A stretch of DNA of 64,000 nucleotides, taken from the NCBI GenBank assembly GCA_964057225.1, contig OZ059900.1, positions 8,866,001 to 8,930,000 on the forward strand, given 5' to 3'. Made by a program: the position numbers and the translations under genes. The notes beneath the pieces were generated by a model. That model had not been told where the DNA came from, did not search any database, and saw only the letters and a list, made by a program, of their open reading frames with translations. Shown in pieces: positions 12,951 to 27,129 of the stretch; position 1 is the first letter of the stretch; each line of letters begins with the position of its first letter. The DNA is from Auanema rhodensis (lineage: Eukaryota; Animalia; Nematoda).

Positions 12951-15900
12951 ATGAAACCTGAATTTCAAATCCATATCTCAAAGGGTCTGATCAAAACATA
13001 CAGTTTTCACATGTTTTGTACCCAAAATCGTTGAATATATGGCGTTTTGAGCATAAAAAGGCCCATATTTCAATCAGTTTTGATATTCGTGCAAAATACA
13101 CCTATATGAACATTCTATGACAGTATTTCATACATTTAGTCGTTTTAGAAGAAAAAAATATGCTTAAGATCAAAAGTTTGACTGATTTAGCCAAAATGTC
13201 CTTCAAACCCAAAAAACCAATAATTCTTGATATTTTCGGTCCTTTTTGACCAAAGTGGTTAAAATTGAACATATATATGTGAAAATAGTCAAAGTTAATG
13301 AATCCTGAATTCCAAATCCATATCTCAAAGGGTCTGATCAAAACATACAGTTTTCACATGTTTTGTAACCAAAATCGTTGAATATATGGCGTTTTGAGCA
13401 TAAAAAGGCCCATATTTCAATCAGTTTTGATATTCGTGCAAAATACACTTATATCAACATTCTATGACAGTATTCCATACATTTAGTCGTTTTAGAAGAA
13501 AAAAATATGCTTAAGATCAAAAGTTTGACTGATTTAGCCAAAATGCCCTTCAAACTCCAAAAAACCAATAATTCTTGATATTTTCGGTCCTTTTTGACCA
13601 AAGTGGTTAAAATTGGACATATATATGTAAAAATAGTCAAAGTTTATGAATCCTGAATTTCAAATCCATATCTCAAAGGGTCTGATCAAAACATACAGTT
13701 TTCACATGTTTTGTACCCAAAATCGTTGAATATATGGCGTTTTGAGCATAAAAAGGCCCATATTTCAATCAGTTTTGATAATCGTGCAAAATACACCTAT
13801 ATGAACATTCTATGACAGTATTACATACATTTAGTCGTTTTAGAAGAAAAAAATATGCTTAAGATCAAAAGTTTGACTGATTTAGCCAAAATGCCCTTCA
13901 AACCCCAAAAAACCAATAATTCTTGATATTTTCGGTCCTTTTTGACCAAAGTGGTTAAAATTGGACATATATATGTAAAAATAGTCAAAGTTTATGAATC
14001 CTGAATTTCAAATCCACATCTCAAAGGGTCTGATCAAAACATACAGTTTTCACATGTTTTGTACCCAAAATCGTTGAATATATGGCGTTTTGAGCATAAA
14101 AAGGCCCATATTTCAATCAGTTTAGATATTCGTGCAAAATACACCTATATGAACATTCTATGACAGTATTTCATACATTTAGTCGTTTTAGAAGAAAAAA
14201 ATATGCTTAAGATCAAAAGTTTGACTGATTTTGCCAAAATGCCCTTCAAACCCCAAAAAACCAATAATTCTTGATATTTTCGGTCCTTTTTGAACAAAGT
14301 GGTTAAAATTGAACATATATATGTAAAAATAGTCAAAGTTTATGAAACCTGAATTTCAAATCCATATCTCAAAGGGTCTGATCAAAACATACAGTTTTCA
14401 CATGTTTTGTACCCAAAATCGTTGAATATATGGCGTTTTGAGCATAAAAAGGCCCATATTTCAATCAGTTTCGATATTCGTGCAAAATACACCTATATCA
14501 ACATTCTATGACAGTATTCCATACATTTAGTCGTTTTAGAAGAAAAAAATATGCTTAAGATCAAAAGTTTGACTGATTTTGCCAAAATGCCCTTCAATCC
14601 CCAAAAAACCAATAATTCTTGATATTTTCGGTCCTTTTTGACCAAAGTGGTTAAAATTGAACATATATATGTAAAAATAGTCAAAGTTTATGAATCCTGA
14701 ATTTCAAATCCATATCTCAAAGGGTCTGATCAAAACATACAGTTTTCACATGTTTTGTACCCAAAATCGTTGAATATATGGCGTTTTGAGCATAAAAAGG
14801 CCCATATTTCAATCAGTTTTGATATTCGTGCAAATTACACCTATATAAACATTCTATGACAGTATTTCATACATTTAGTCGTTTTAGAAGAAAAAAATAT
14901 GCTTAAGATCAAAAGTTTGACTGATTTAGCCAAAATGCCCTTCAAACCCCAAAAAACCAATAATTCTTGATATTTTCGGTCCTTTTTGACCAAAGTGGTT
15001 AAAATTGGACATATATATGTAAAAATAGTCAAAGTTTATGAATCCTGAATTTCAAATCCATATCTCAAAGGGTCTGATCAAAACATACAGTTTTCACATG
15101 TTTTGTACCCAAAATCGTTGAATATATGGCGTTTTGAGCATAAAAAGGCCCATATTTCAATCAGTTTTGATAATCGTGCAAAATACACCTATATGAACAT
15201 TCTATGACAGTATTTCATACATTTAGTCGTTTTAGAAGAAAAAAATAAGCTTAAGATCAAAAGTTTGACTGATTTTGCCAAAATGCCCTTCAAACCCCAA
15301 AAAACCAATAATTCTTGATATTTTCGGTCCTTTTTGACCAAAGTGGTTAAAATTGAACATATATATGTAAAAATAGTCAAAGTTTATGAAACCTGAATTT
15401 CAAATCCATATCTCAAAGGGTCTGATCAAAACATACAGTTTTCACATGTTTTGTACCCAAAATCGTTGAATATATGGCGTTTTGAGCATAAAAAGGCCCA
15501 TATTTCAATCAGTTTTGATATTCGTGCAAAATACACCTATATGAACATTCTATGACAGTATTTCATACATTTAGTCGTTTTAGAAGAAAAAAATATGCTT
15601 AAGATCAAAAGTTTGACTGATTTAGCCAAAATGCCCTTCAAACCCCAAAAAACCAATAATTCTTGATATTTTCGGTCCTTTTTGACCAAAGTGGTTAAAA
15701 TTGAACATATATATGTAGAAATAGTCGAAGTTTATGAATCCTGAATTTCAAATCCATATCTCAAAGGGTCTGATCAAAACATACAGTTTTCACATGTTTT
15801 GTACCCAAAATCGTTGAATATATGGCGTTTTGAGCATAAAAAGGCCCATATTTCAATCAGTTTCGATATTCGTGCAAAATACACCTATATCAACATTCTA

Positions 15901-16127
15901 TGACAGTATTCCATACATTTAGTCGTTTTAGAAGAAAAAAATATGCTTAAGATCAAAAGTTTGACTGATTTTGCCAAAATGCCCTTCAATCCCCAAAAAA
16001 CCAATAATTCTTGATATTTTCGGTCCTTTTCGACCAAAGTGGTTAAAATTGAAAATATATATGTAAAAATAGTCAAAGTTTACGAATCCTGAATTTCAAA
16101 TCCATATCTCAAAGGGTCTGATCAAAA

Positions 16128-18147
16128 CATACAGTTTTCACATGTTTTGTACCCAAAATCGTTGAATATATGGCGTTTTGAGCATAAAAAGGCCCATATT
16201 TCAATCAGTTTTGATATTCGTGCAAAATACACCTATATGAACATTCTATGACAGTATTTCATACATTTAGTCGTTTTAGAAGAAAAAAATATGCTTAAGA
16301 TCAAAAGTTTGACTGATTTAGCCAAAATGCCCTTCAAACCCCAAAAAACCAATAATTCTTGATATTTTCGGTCCTTTTTGACCAAAGTGGTTAAAATTGG
16401 ACATATATATGTAAAAATAGTCAAAGTTTATGAATCCTGAATTTCAAATCCATATCTCAAAGGGTCTGATCAAAACATACAGTTTTCACATGTTTTGTAC
16501 CCAAAATCGTTGAATATATGGCGTTTTGAGCATAAAAAGGCCCATATTTCAATCAGTTTTGATATTCGTGCAAAATACACCTATATGAACATTCTATGAC
16601 AGTATTTCATACATTTAGTCGTTTTAGAAGAAAAAAATATGCTTAAGATCAAAAGTTTGACTGATTTAGCCAAAATGCCCTTCAAACCCCAAAAAACCAA
16701 TAATTCTTGATATTTTCGGTCCTTTTTGACCAAAGTGGTTAAAATTGGACATATATATGTAGAAACAGTCGAAGTTTATGAATCCTGAATTTCAAATCCA
16801 TATCTCAAAGGGTCTGATCAAAACATACAGTTTTCACATGTTTTGTACCCAAAATCGTTGAATATATGGCGTTTTGAGCATAAAAAGGCCCATATTTCAA
16901 TCAGTTTTGATATTCGTGCAAAATACACCTATATCAACATTCTTTGACAGTATTTCATACATTTAGTCGTTTTAGAAGAAAAAAATATGCTTAAGATCAA
17001 AAGTTTGACTGATTTTGCCAAAATGCCCTTCAAACCCCAAAAAACCAATAATTCTTGATATTTTCGGTCCTTTTTGACCAAAGTGGTTAAAATTGGACAT
17101 ATATATGTAAAAATAGTCAAAGTTTATGAATCCTGAACATACAGTTTTCACATGTTTTGTACCCAAAATCGTTGAATATATGGCGTTTTGAGCATAAAAA
17201 GGCCCATATTTCAATCAGTTTTGATATTCGTGCAAAATACACCTATATGAACATTCTATGACAGTATTTCATACATTTAGTCGTTTTAGAAGAAAAAAAT
17301 ATGCTTAAGATCAAAAGTTTGACTGATTTAGCCAAAATGCCCTTCAAACCCCAAAAAACCAATAATTCTTGATATTTTCGGTCCTTTTTGACCAAAGTGG
17401 TTAAAATTGGACATATATATGTAAAAATAGTCAAAGTTTATGAATCCTGAATTTCAAATCCATATCTCAAAGGGTCTGATCAAAACATACAGTTTTCACA
17501 TGTTTTGTACCCAAAATCGTTGAATATATGGCGTTTTGAGCATAAAAAGGCCCATATTTCAATCAGTTTTGATATTCGTGCAAAATACACCTATATGAAC
17601 ATTCTATGACAGTATTTCATACATTTAGTCGTTTTAGAAGAAAAAAATATGCTTAAGATCAAAAGTTTGACTGATTTAGCCAAAATGCCCTTCAAACCCC
17701 AAAAAACCAATAATTCTTGATATTTTCGGTCCTTTTTGACCAAAGTGGTTAAAATTGGACATATATATGTAGAAACAGTCGAAGTTTATGAATCCTGAAT
17801 TTCAAATCCATATCTCAAAGGGTCTGATCAAAACATACAGTTTTCACATGTTTTGTACCCAAAATCGTTGAATATATGGCGTTTTGAGCATAAAAAGGCC
17901 CATATTTCAATCAGTTTTGATATTCGTGCAAAATACACCTATATCAACATTCTTTGACAGTATTTCATACATTTAGTCGTTTTAGAAGAAAAAAATATGC
18001 TTAAGATCAAAAGTTTGACTGATTTTGCCAAAATGCCCTTCAAACCCCAAAAAACCAATAATTCTTGATATTTTCGGTCCTTTTTGACCAAAGTGGTTAA
18101 AATTGGACATATATATGTAAAAATAGTCAAAGTTTATGAATCCTGAA
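16128..18147 (-). repeat. 1010-bp tandem duplication (3 monomers minus 34 bp), junction at 17137/17138
   Basis: tcctgaa|catacag at 17131-17144 lacks the 34 bp tttcaaatccatatctcaaagggtctgatcaaaa, giving an ORF spacing of 314. The rare variant agaaacagtcgaag occurs at 16761 and 17771 (offset 1010). Confidence 0.85.
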
Positions 18148-21100
18148 TTTCAAATCCATATCTCAAAGGGTCTGATCAAAACATACAGTTTTCACATGTT
18201 TTGTACCCAAAATCGTTGAATATATGGCGTTTTGAGCATAAAAAGGCCCATATTTCAATCAGTTTTGATATTCGTGCAAAATACACCTATATGAACATTC
18301 TATGACAGTATTTCATACATTTAGTCGTTTTAGAAGAAAAAAATATGCTTAAGATCAAAAGTTTGACTGATTTAGCCAAAATGTCCTTCAAACCCCAAAA
18401 AACCAATAATTCTTGATATTTTCGGTCCTTTTTGACCAAAGTGGTTAAAATTGGACATATATATGTAAAAATAGTCAAAGTTTATGAATCCTGAATTTCA
18501 AATCCATATCTCAAAGGGTCTGATCAAAACATACAGTTTTCACATGTTTTGTACCCAAAATCGTTGAATATATGGCGTTTTGAGCATAAAAAGGCCCATA
18601 TTTCAATCAGTTTTGATATTCGTGCAAAATACACTTATATCAACATTCTATGACAGTATTCCATACATTTAGTCGTTTTAGAAGAAAAAAATATGCTTAA
18701 GATCAAAAGTTTGACTGATTTAGCCAAAATGCCCTTCAAACCCCAAAAAACCAATAATTCTTGATATTTTCGGTCCTTTTTGACCAAAGTGGTTAAAATT
18801 GAACATATATATGTAAAAATAGTCAAAGTTTATGAATCCTGAATTTCAAATCCATATCTCAAAGGGTCTGATCAAAACATACAGTTTTCACATGTTTTGT
18901 ACCCAAAATCGTTGAATATATGGCGTTTTGAGCATAAAAAGGCCCATATTTCAATCAGTTTTGATATTCGTGCAAAATACACCTATATGAACATTCTATG
19001 ACAGTATTTCATACATTTAGTCGTTTTAGAAGAAAAAAATATGCTTAAGATCAAAAGTTTGACTGATTTAGCCAAAATGCCCTTCAAACCCCAAAAAACC
19101 AATAATTCTTGATATTTTCGGTCCTTTTTGACCAAAGTGGTTAAAATTGGACATATATATGTAAAAATAGTCAAAGTTTATGAATCCTGAATTTCAAATC
19201 CATATCTCAAAGGGTCTGATCAAAACATACAGTTTTCACATGTTTTGTACCCAAAATCGTTGAATATATGGCGTTTTGAGCATAAAAAGGCCCATATTTC
19301 AATCAGTTTTGATATTCGTGCAAAATACACTTATATCAACATTCTATGACAGTATTCCATACATTTAGTCGTTTTAGAAGAAAAAAATATGCTTAAGATC
19401 AAAAGTTTGACTGATTTAGCCAAAATGCCCTTCAAACCCCAAAAAACCAATAATTCTTGATATTTTCGGTCCTTTTTGACCAAAGTGGTTGAAATTGAAC
19501 ATATATATGTTAAAATAGTCAAAGATTATGAATCCTGATTTTCAAATCCATATCTCAAAGGGTCTGATCAAAACATACAGTTTTCACATGTTTTGTACCC
19601 AAAATCGTTGAATATATGGCGTTTTGAGCATAAAAAGGCCCATATTTCAATCAGTTTTGATATTCGTGCAAAGTACACCTATATGAACATTTTATGACAG
19701 TATTTCATATATTTAGTCGTTTTAGAAGAAAAAAATATGCTTAAGATCAAAAGTTTGACTGATTTTGCCAAAATGCCCTTCAAACCCCAAAAAACCAATA
19801 ATTCTTGATATTTTCGGTCCTTTTTGACCAAAGTGGTTAAAATTGAACATATATATGTTAAAATAGTCAAAGTTTATAAATCCTGAACTTCAAATCCATA
19901 TCTCAAAGGGTCTGATCAAAACATACAGTTTTCACATGTTTTGTACCCAGAATCGTTGAATATATGGCGTTTTGAGCATAAAAAGACCCATATTTCAATC
20001 AGTTTTGATATTCGTGCAAAATACACCTATATGAACATTCTATGACATTATTTCATACTATTAGTCGTTTTAGAAGAAAAAAATATGCTTAAGATCAAAA
20101 GTTTGACTGATTTTGCCAAAATGCCCTTCAAACCTCAAAAAACCAATAATTCTTGATATTTTCGGTCCTTTTTGACCAAAGTAGTTAAAATTGAACATAT
20201 AGATGTGAAAATAGTCAAAGTTTATGAATCCTAAACTTCAGATCCATATCTCAAAGGGTCTGATCTAAACATACAGTTTTCACATGTTTTGTACCCAAAA
20301 TCGTTGAATATATGGCGTTTTGAGCATAAAAAGGCCCATATTTCAATCAGTTTTGATATTCGTGCAAATTACACCTATATAAACATTCTATGACAGTATT
20401 TCATAAATTTAGTCGTTTTAGAAGAAAAAAATATGCTTAAGATCAAAAGTTTGAGTGATTTTGCCAAAATGCCCTTCAAACCCCAAAAAACCAATAATTC
20501 TTGATATTTTCGGTCCTTTTTGACCAAAGTGGTTAAAATTGAACATATATATGTTAAAATAGTCAAAGTTTATAAATCCTGAATTTCAAATCCATATCTC
20601 AAAGGGTCTGATCAAAACATACAGTTTTCACATGTTTTGTACCCAGAATCGTTGAATATATGGCGTTTTGAGCATAAAAAGACCCATATTTCAATCAGTT
20701 TTGATATTCGTGCAAAATACACCTATATGAACATTCTATGACATTATTTCATACTATTAGTCGTTTTAGAAGAAAAAAATATGCTTAAGATCAAAAGTTT
20801 GACTGATTTTGCCAAAATGCCCTTCAAACCTCAAAAAACCAATAATTCTTGATATTTTCGGTCCTTTTTGACCAAAGTAGTTAAAATTGAACATATAGAT
20901 GTGAAAATAGTCAAAGTTTATGAATCCTAAACTTCAGATCCATATCTCAAAGGGTCTGATCTAAACATACAGTTTTCACATGTTTTGTACCCAAAATCGT
21001 TGAATATATGGCGTTTTGAGCATAAAAAGGCCCATATTTCAATCAGTTTTGATATTCGTGCAAATTACACCTATATAAACATTCTATGACAGTATTTCAT

Positions 21101-21992
21101 AAATTTAGTCGTTTTAGAAGAAAAAAATATGCTTAAGATCAAAAGTTTGAGTGATTTTGCCAAAATGCCCTTCAAACCCCAAAAAACCAATAATTCTTGA
21201 TATTTTCGGTCCTTTTTGACCAAAGTGGTTAAAATTGAACATATATATGTTAAAATAGTCAAAGTTTATAAATCCTGAATTTCAAATCCATATCTCAAAG
21301 GGTCTGATCAAAACATACAGTTTTCACATGTTTTGTACCCAGAATCGTTGAATATATGGCGTTTTGAGCATAAAAAGGCCCATATTTCAATCAGTTTTGA
21401 TATTCGTGCAAAATACACCTATATGAACATTCTATGACATTATTTCATAAATTTAGTCGTTTTAGAAGAAAAAAATATGCTTAAGATCAAAAGTTTGAGT
21501 GATTTTGCCAAAATGCCCTTCAAACCCCAAAAAACCAATAATTCTTGATATTTTCGGTCCTTTTTGACCAAAGTGGTTAAAATTGAACATATATATGTTA
21601 AAATAGTCAAAGTTTATAAATCCTGAATTTCAAATCCATATCTCAAAGGGTCTGATCTAAACATACAGTTTTCACATGTTTTGTACCCAAAATCGTTGAA
21701 TATATGGCGTTTTGAGCATAAAAAGGCCCATATTTCAATCAGTTTTGATATTCGTGCAAAATACACCTATATGAACATTCTATGACAGTATTTCATACAT
21801 TTAGTCGTTTTAGAAGAAAAAAATATGCTTAAGATCAAAAGTTTGACTGATTTAGCCAAAATGCCCTTCAAACCCCAAAAAACCAATAATTCTTGATATT
21901 TTCGGTCCTTTTTGACCAAAGTGGTTAAAATTGGACATATATATGTAAAAATAGTCAAAGTTTATGAATCCTGAATTTCAAATCCATATCTC

Positions 21993-22069
21993 AATTATTG
22001 GTTTTTTGAGGTTTGAAGGGCATTTTGGCAAAATCAGTCAAACTTTTGATCTTAAGCATATTTTTTTTC
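21993..22069 (+). repeat. 77-bp inverted satellite segment (junctions J1 and J2)
   Basis: ...ccatatctc-aa-ttattggttttttgagg...cttaagcatattttttttc|caaaaaccaataatt... Confidence 0.95.
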
Positions 22070-23599
22070 CAAAAACCAATAATTCTTGATATTTTCGGTC
22101 CTTTTTGACCAAAGTGGTTGAAATTGAACATATATATGTAAAAATAGTCAAAGATTATGAATCCTGATTTTCAAATCCATATCTCAAAGGGTCTGATCAA
22201 AACATACAGTTTTCACATGTTTTGTACCCAGAATCGTTGAATATATGGCGTTTTGAGCATAAAAAGGCCCATATTTCAATCAGTTTTGATATTCGTGCAA
22301 AATACACCTATATGAACATTCTATGACATTATTTCATAAATTTAGTCGTTTTAGAAGAAAAAAATATGCTTTAGATCAAAAGTTTGAGTGATTTTGCCAA
22401 AATGCCCTTCAAACCCCAAAAAACCAATAATTCTTGATATTTTCGGTCCTTTTTGACCAAAGTGGTTAAAATTGAACATATATATGTTAAAATAGTCAAA
22501 GTTTATGAATCCTGAATTTCAAATCCATATCTCAAAGGGTCTGATCTAAACATACAGTTTTCACATGTTTTGTACCCAAAATCGTTGAATATATGGCGTT
22601 TTGAGCATAAAAAGGCCCATATTTCAATCAGTTTTGATATTCGTGCAAAATACACCTATATAAACATTCTATGACAGTATTTCATAAATTTAGTCGTTTT
22701 AGAAGAAAAAAATATGCTTAAGATCAAAAGTTTGAGTGATTTTGCCAAAATGCCCTTCAAACCCCAAAAAACCAATAATTCTTGATATTTTCGGTCCTTT
22801 TTGACCAAAGTGGTTAAAATTGAACATATATATGTTAAAATAGTCAAAGTTTATAAATCCTGAATTTCAAATCCATATCTCAAAGGGTCTGATCAAAACA
22901 TACAGTTTTCACATGTTTTGTACCCAGAATCGTTGAATATATGGCGTTTTGAGCATAAAAAGGCCCATATTTCAATCAGTTTTGATATTCGTGCAAAATA
23001 CACCTATATGAACATTCTATGACATTATTTCATATATTTAGTCGTTTTAGAAAAAAAAATATGCTTAAGATCAAAAGTTTGACTGATTTTGCCAACATGC
23101 CCTTCAAACCCCAAAAAACCAATAATTCTTGATATTTTCGGTCCTTTTTGACCAAAGTGGTTGAAATTGAACATATATATGTAAAAATAGTCAAAGATAA
23201 TGAATCCTGATTTTCAAATCCATATCTCAAAGGGTCTGATCAAAACATACAGTTTTCACATGTTTTGTACCCAAAATCGTTGAATATATGGCGTTTTGAG
23301 CATAAAAAGGCCCATATTTCAATCAGTTTTGATATTCGTGCAAAATACACCTATATGAACATTTTATGACAGTATTTCATATATTTAGTCGTTTTAGAAA
23401 AAAAAAATATGCTTAAGATCAAAATTTTGAGTGATTTTGCCAACATGCCCTTCAAACCCCAAAAAACCAATAATTCTTGATATTTTCGGTCCTTTTTGAC
23501 CAAAGTGGTTGAAATTGAACATATATATGTTAAAATAGTCAAAGTTTATAAATCCTGAATTTCAAATCCATATCTCAAAGGGTCTGATCAAAACATACA

Positions 23600-26500
23600 G
23601 TTTTCACATGTTTTGTACCCAGAATCGTTGAATATATGGCGTTTTGAGCATAAAAAGGCCCATATTTCAATCAGTTTTGATATTCGTGCAAAATACACCT
23701 ATATGAACATTTTATGACAGTATTTCATATATTTAGTCGTTTTAGAAAAAAAAAATATGCTTAAGATCAAAAGTTTGAGTGATTTTGCCAACATGCCCTT
23801 CAAACCCCAAAAAACCAATAATTCTTGATATTTTCGGTCCTTTTTGACCAAAGTGGTTGAAATTGAACATATATATGTAAAAATAGTCAAAGATTATGAA
23901 TCCTGATTTTCAAATCCATATCTCAAAGGGTCTGATCAAAACATACAGTTTTCACATGTTTTGTACCCAAAATCGTTGAATATATGGCGTTTTGAGCATA
24001 AAAAGGCCCATATTTCAATCAGTTTTGATATTCGTGCAAAATACACCTATATGAACATTTTATGACAGTATTTCATATATTTAGTCGTTTTAGAAGAAAA
24101 AAATATGCTTAAGATCAAAAGTTTGACTGATTTTGCCAAAATGCCCTTCAAACCCCAAAAAACCAATAATTCTTGATATTTTCGGTCCTTTTCGACCAAA
24201 GTGGTTAAAATTGAACATGTATATGTTAAAATAGTCAAAGTTTATAAATCCTGAATTTCAAATCCATATCTCAAAGGGTCTGATCAAAACATACAGTTTT
24301 CACATGTTTTGTACCCAGAATCGTTGAATATATGGCGTTTTGAGCATAAAAAGGCACATATTTCAATCAGTTTTGATATTCGTGCAAAATACACCTATAT
24401 GAACATTCTATGACATTATTTCATACTATTAGTCGTTTTAGAAGAAAAAAATATGCTTAAGATCAAAAGTTTGACTGATTTTGCCAAAATGCCCTTCAAA
24501 CCTCAAAAAACCAATAATTCTTGATATTTTCGGTCCTTTTTGACCAAAGTAGTTAAAATTGAACATATAGATGTGAAAATAGTCAAAGTTTATGAATCCT
24601 AAATTTCAGATCCATATCTCAAAGGGTCTGATCTAAACATACAGTTTTCCCATGTTTTGTACCCAAAATCGTTCAATATATGGCGTTTTGAGCATAAAAA
24701 GGCCCATATTTCAATCAGTTTTGATATTCGTGCAAAATACACCTATATAAACATTCTATGACAGTATTTCATAAATTTAGTCGTTTTAGAAGAAAAAAAT
24801 ATGCTTAAGATCAAAAGTTTGAGTGATTTTGCCAAAATGCCCTTCAAACCCCAAAAAACCAATAATTCTTGATATTTTCGGTCCTTTTTGACCAAAGTGG
24901 TTAAAATTGAACATATATATGTTAAAATAGTCAAAGTTTATAAATCCTGAATTTCAAATCCATATCTCAAAGGGTCTGATCAAAACATACAGTTTTCACA
25001 TGTTTTGTACCCAGAATCGTTGAATATATGGCGTTTTGAGCATAAAAAGGCCCATATTTCAATCAGTTTTGATATTCGTGCAAAATACACCTATATGAAC
25101 ATTTTATGACAGTATTTCATATATTTAGTCGTTTTAGAAAAAAAAAATATGCTTAAGATCAAAAGTTTGAGTGATTTTGCCAACATGCCCTTCAAACCCC
25201 AAAAAACCAATAATTCTTGATATTTTCGGTCCTTTTTGACCAAAGTGGTTGAAATTGAACATATATATGTAAAAATAGTCAAAGATTATGAATCCTGATT
25301 TTCAAATCCATATCTCAAAGGGTCTGATCAAAACATACAGTTTTCACATGTTTTGTACCCAAAATCATTGAATATATGGCGTTTTGAGCATAAAAAGGCC
25401 CATATTTCAATCAGTTTTGATATTCGTGCAAAATACACCTATATGAACATTTTATGACAGTATTTCATATATTTAGTCGTTTTAGAAGAAAAAAATATGC
25501 TTAAGATCAAAAGTTTGACTGATTTTGCCAAAATGCCCTTCAAACCCCAAAAAACCAATAATTCTTGATATTTTCGGTCCTTTTCGACCAAAGTGGTTAA
25601 AATTGAACATATATATGTTAAAATAGTCAAAGTTTATAAATCCTGAACTTCAAATCCATATCTCAAAGGGTCTGATCAAAACATACAGTTTTCACATGTT
25701 TTGTACCCAGAATCGTTGAATATATGGCGTTTTGAGCATAAAAAGGCCCATATTTCAATCAGTTTTGATATTCGTGCAAAATACACCTATATGAACATTC
25801 TATGACATTATTTCATACTATTAGTCGTTTTAGAAGAAAAAAATACGCTTAAGATCAAAAGTTTGACTGATTTTGCCAAAATGCCCTTCAAACCTCAAAA
25901 AACCAATAATTCTTGATATTTTCGGTCCTTTTTGACCAAAGTAGTTAAAATTGAACATATAGATGTGAAAATAGTCAAAGTTTATGAATCCTAAATTTCA
26001 GATCCATATCTCAAAGGGTCTGATCTAAACATACAGTTTTCCCATGTTTTGTACCCAAAATCGTTCAATATATGGCGTTTTGAGCATAAAAAGGCCCATA
26101 TTTCAATCAGTTTTGATATTCGTGCAAAATACACCTATATAAACATTCTATGACAGTATTTCATAAATTTAGTCGTTTTAGAAGAAAAAAATATGCTTAA
26201 GATCAAAAGTTTGAGTGATTTTGCCAAAATGCCCTTCAAACCCCAAAAAACCAATAATTCTTGATATTTTCGGTCCTTTTTGACCAAAGTGGTTAAAATT
26301 GAACATATATATGTTAAAATAGTCAAAGTTTATAAATCCTGAATTTCAAATCCATATCTCAAAGGGTCTGATCAAAACATACAGTTTTCACATGTTTTGT
26401 ACCCAGAATCGTTGAATATATGGCGTTTTGAGCATAAAAAGGCCCATATTTCAATCAGTTTTGATATTCGTGCAAAATACACCTATATGAACATTTTATG

Positions 26501-26620
26501 ACAGTATTTCATATATTTAGTCGTTTTAGAAAAAAAAAATATGCTTAAGATCAAAAGTTTGAGTGATTTTGCCAACATGCCCTTCAAACCCCAAAAAACC
26601 AATAATTCTTGATATTTTCG
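23600..26620 (-). repeat. Local 4-monomer higher-order repeat (1392 bp); bounds approximate
   Basis: ORF pairs 23699/25091, 24047/25439 and 24743/26135; private variants ttcccatg and gttcaata at ~24650 and ~26040. Confidence 0.85.
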
Positions 26621-27129
26621 GTCCTTTTTTACCAAAGTGGTTAAAATTGAACATATATATGTTAAAATAGTCAAAGTTTATAAATCCTGAACTTCAAATC
26701 CATATCTCAAAGGGTCTGATCAAAACATACAGTTTTCACATGTTTTGTACCCAGAATCGTTGAATATATGGCGTTTTGAGCATAAAAAGGCCCATATTTC
26801 AATCAGTTTTGATATTCGTGCAAAATACACCTATATGAACATTCTATGACATTATTTCATACTATTAGTCGTTTTAGAAGAAAAAAATATGCTTAAGATC
26901 AAAAGTTTGACTGATTTTGCCAAAATGCCCTTCAAACCTCAAAAAACCAATAATTCTTGATATTTTCGGTCCTTTTTGACCAAAGTAGTTAAAATTGAAC
27001 ATATAGATGTGAAAATAGTCAAAGTTTATGAATCCTAAATTTCAGATCCATATCTCAAAGGGTCTGATCTAAACATACAGTTTTCACATGTTTTGTACCC
27101 AAAATCGTTGAATATATGGCGTTTTGAGC

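Noticed and set aside
21993-22084. MITE-like insertion with terminal inverted repeats (aattattggttttt...aaaaaccaataatt)
   Set aside because: The inverted ends follow trivially from satellite sequence in opposite orientations. There is no target-site duplication and no foreign sequence.
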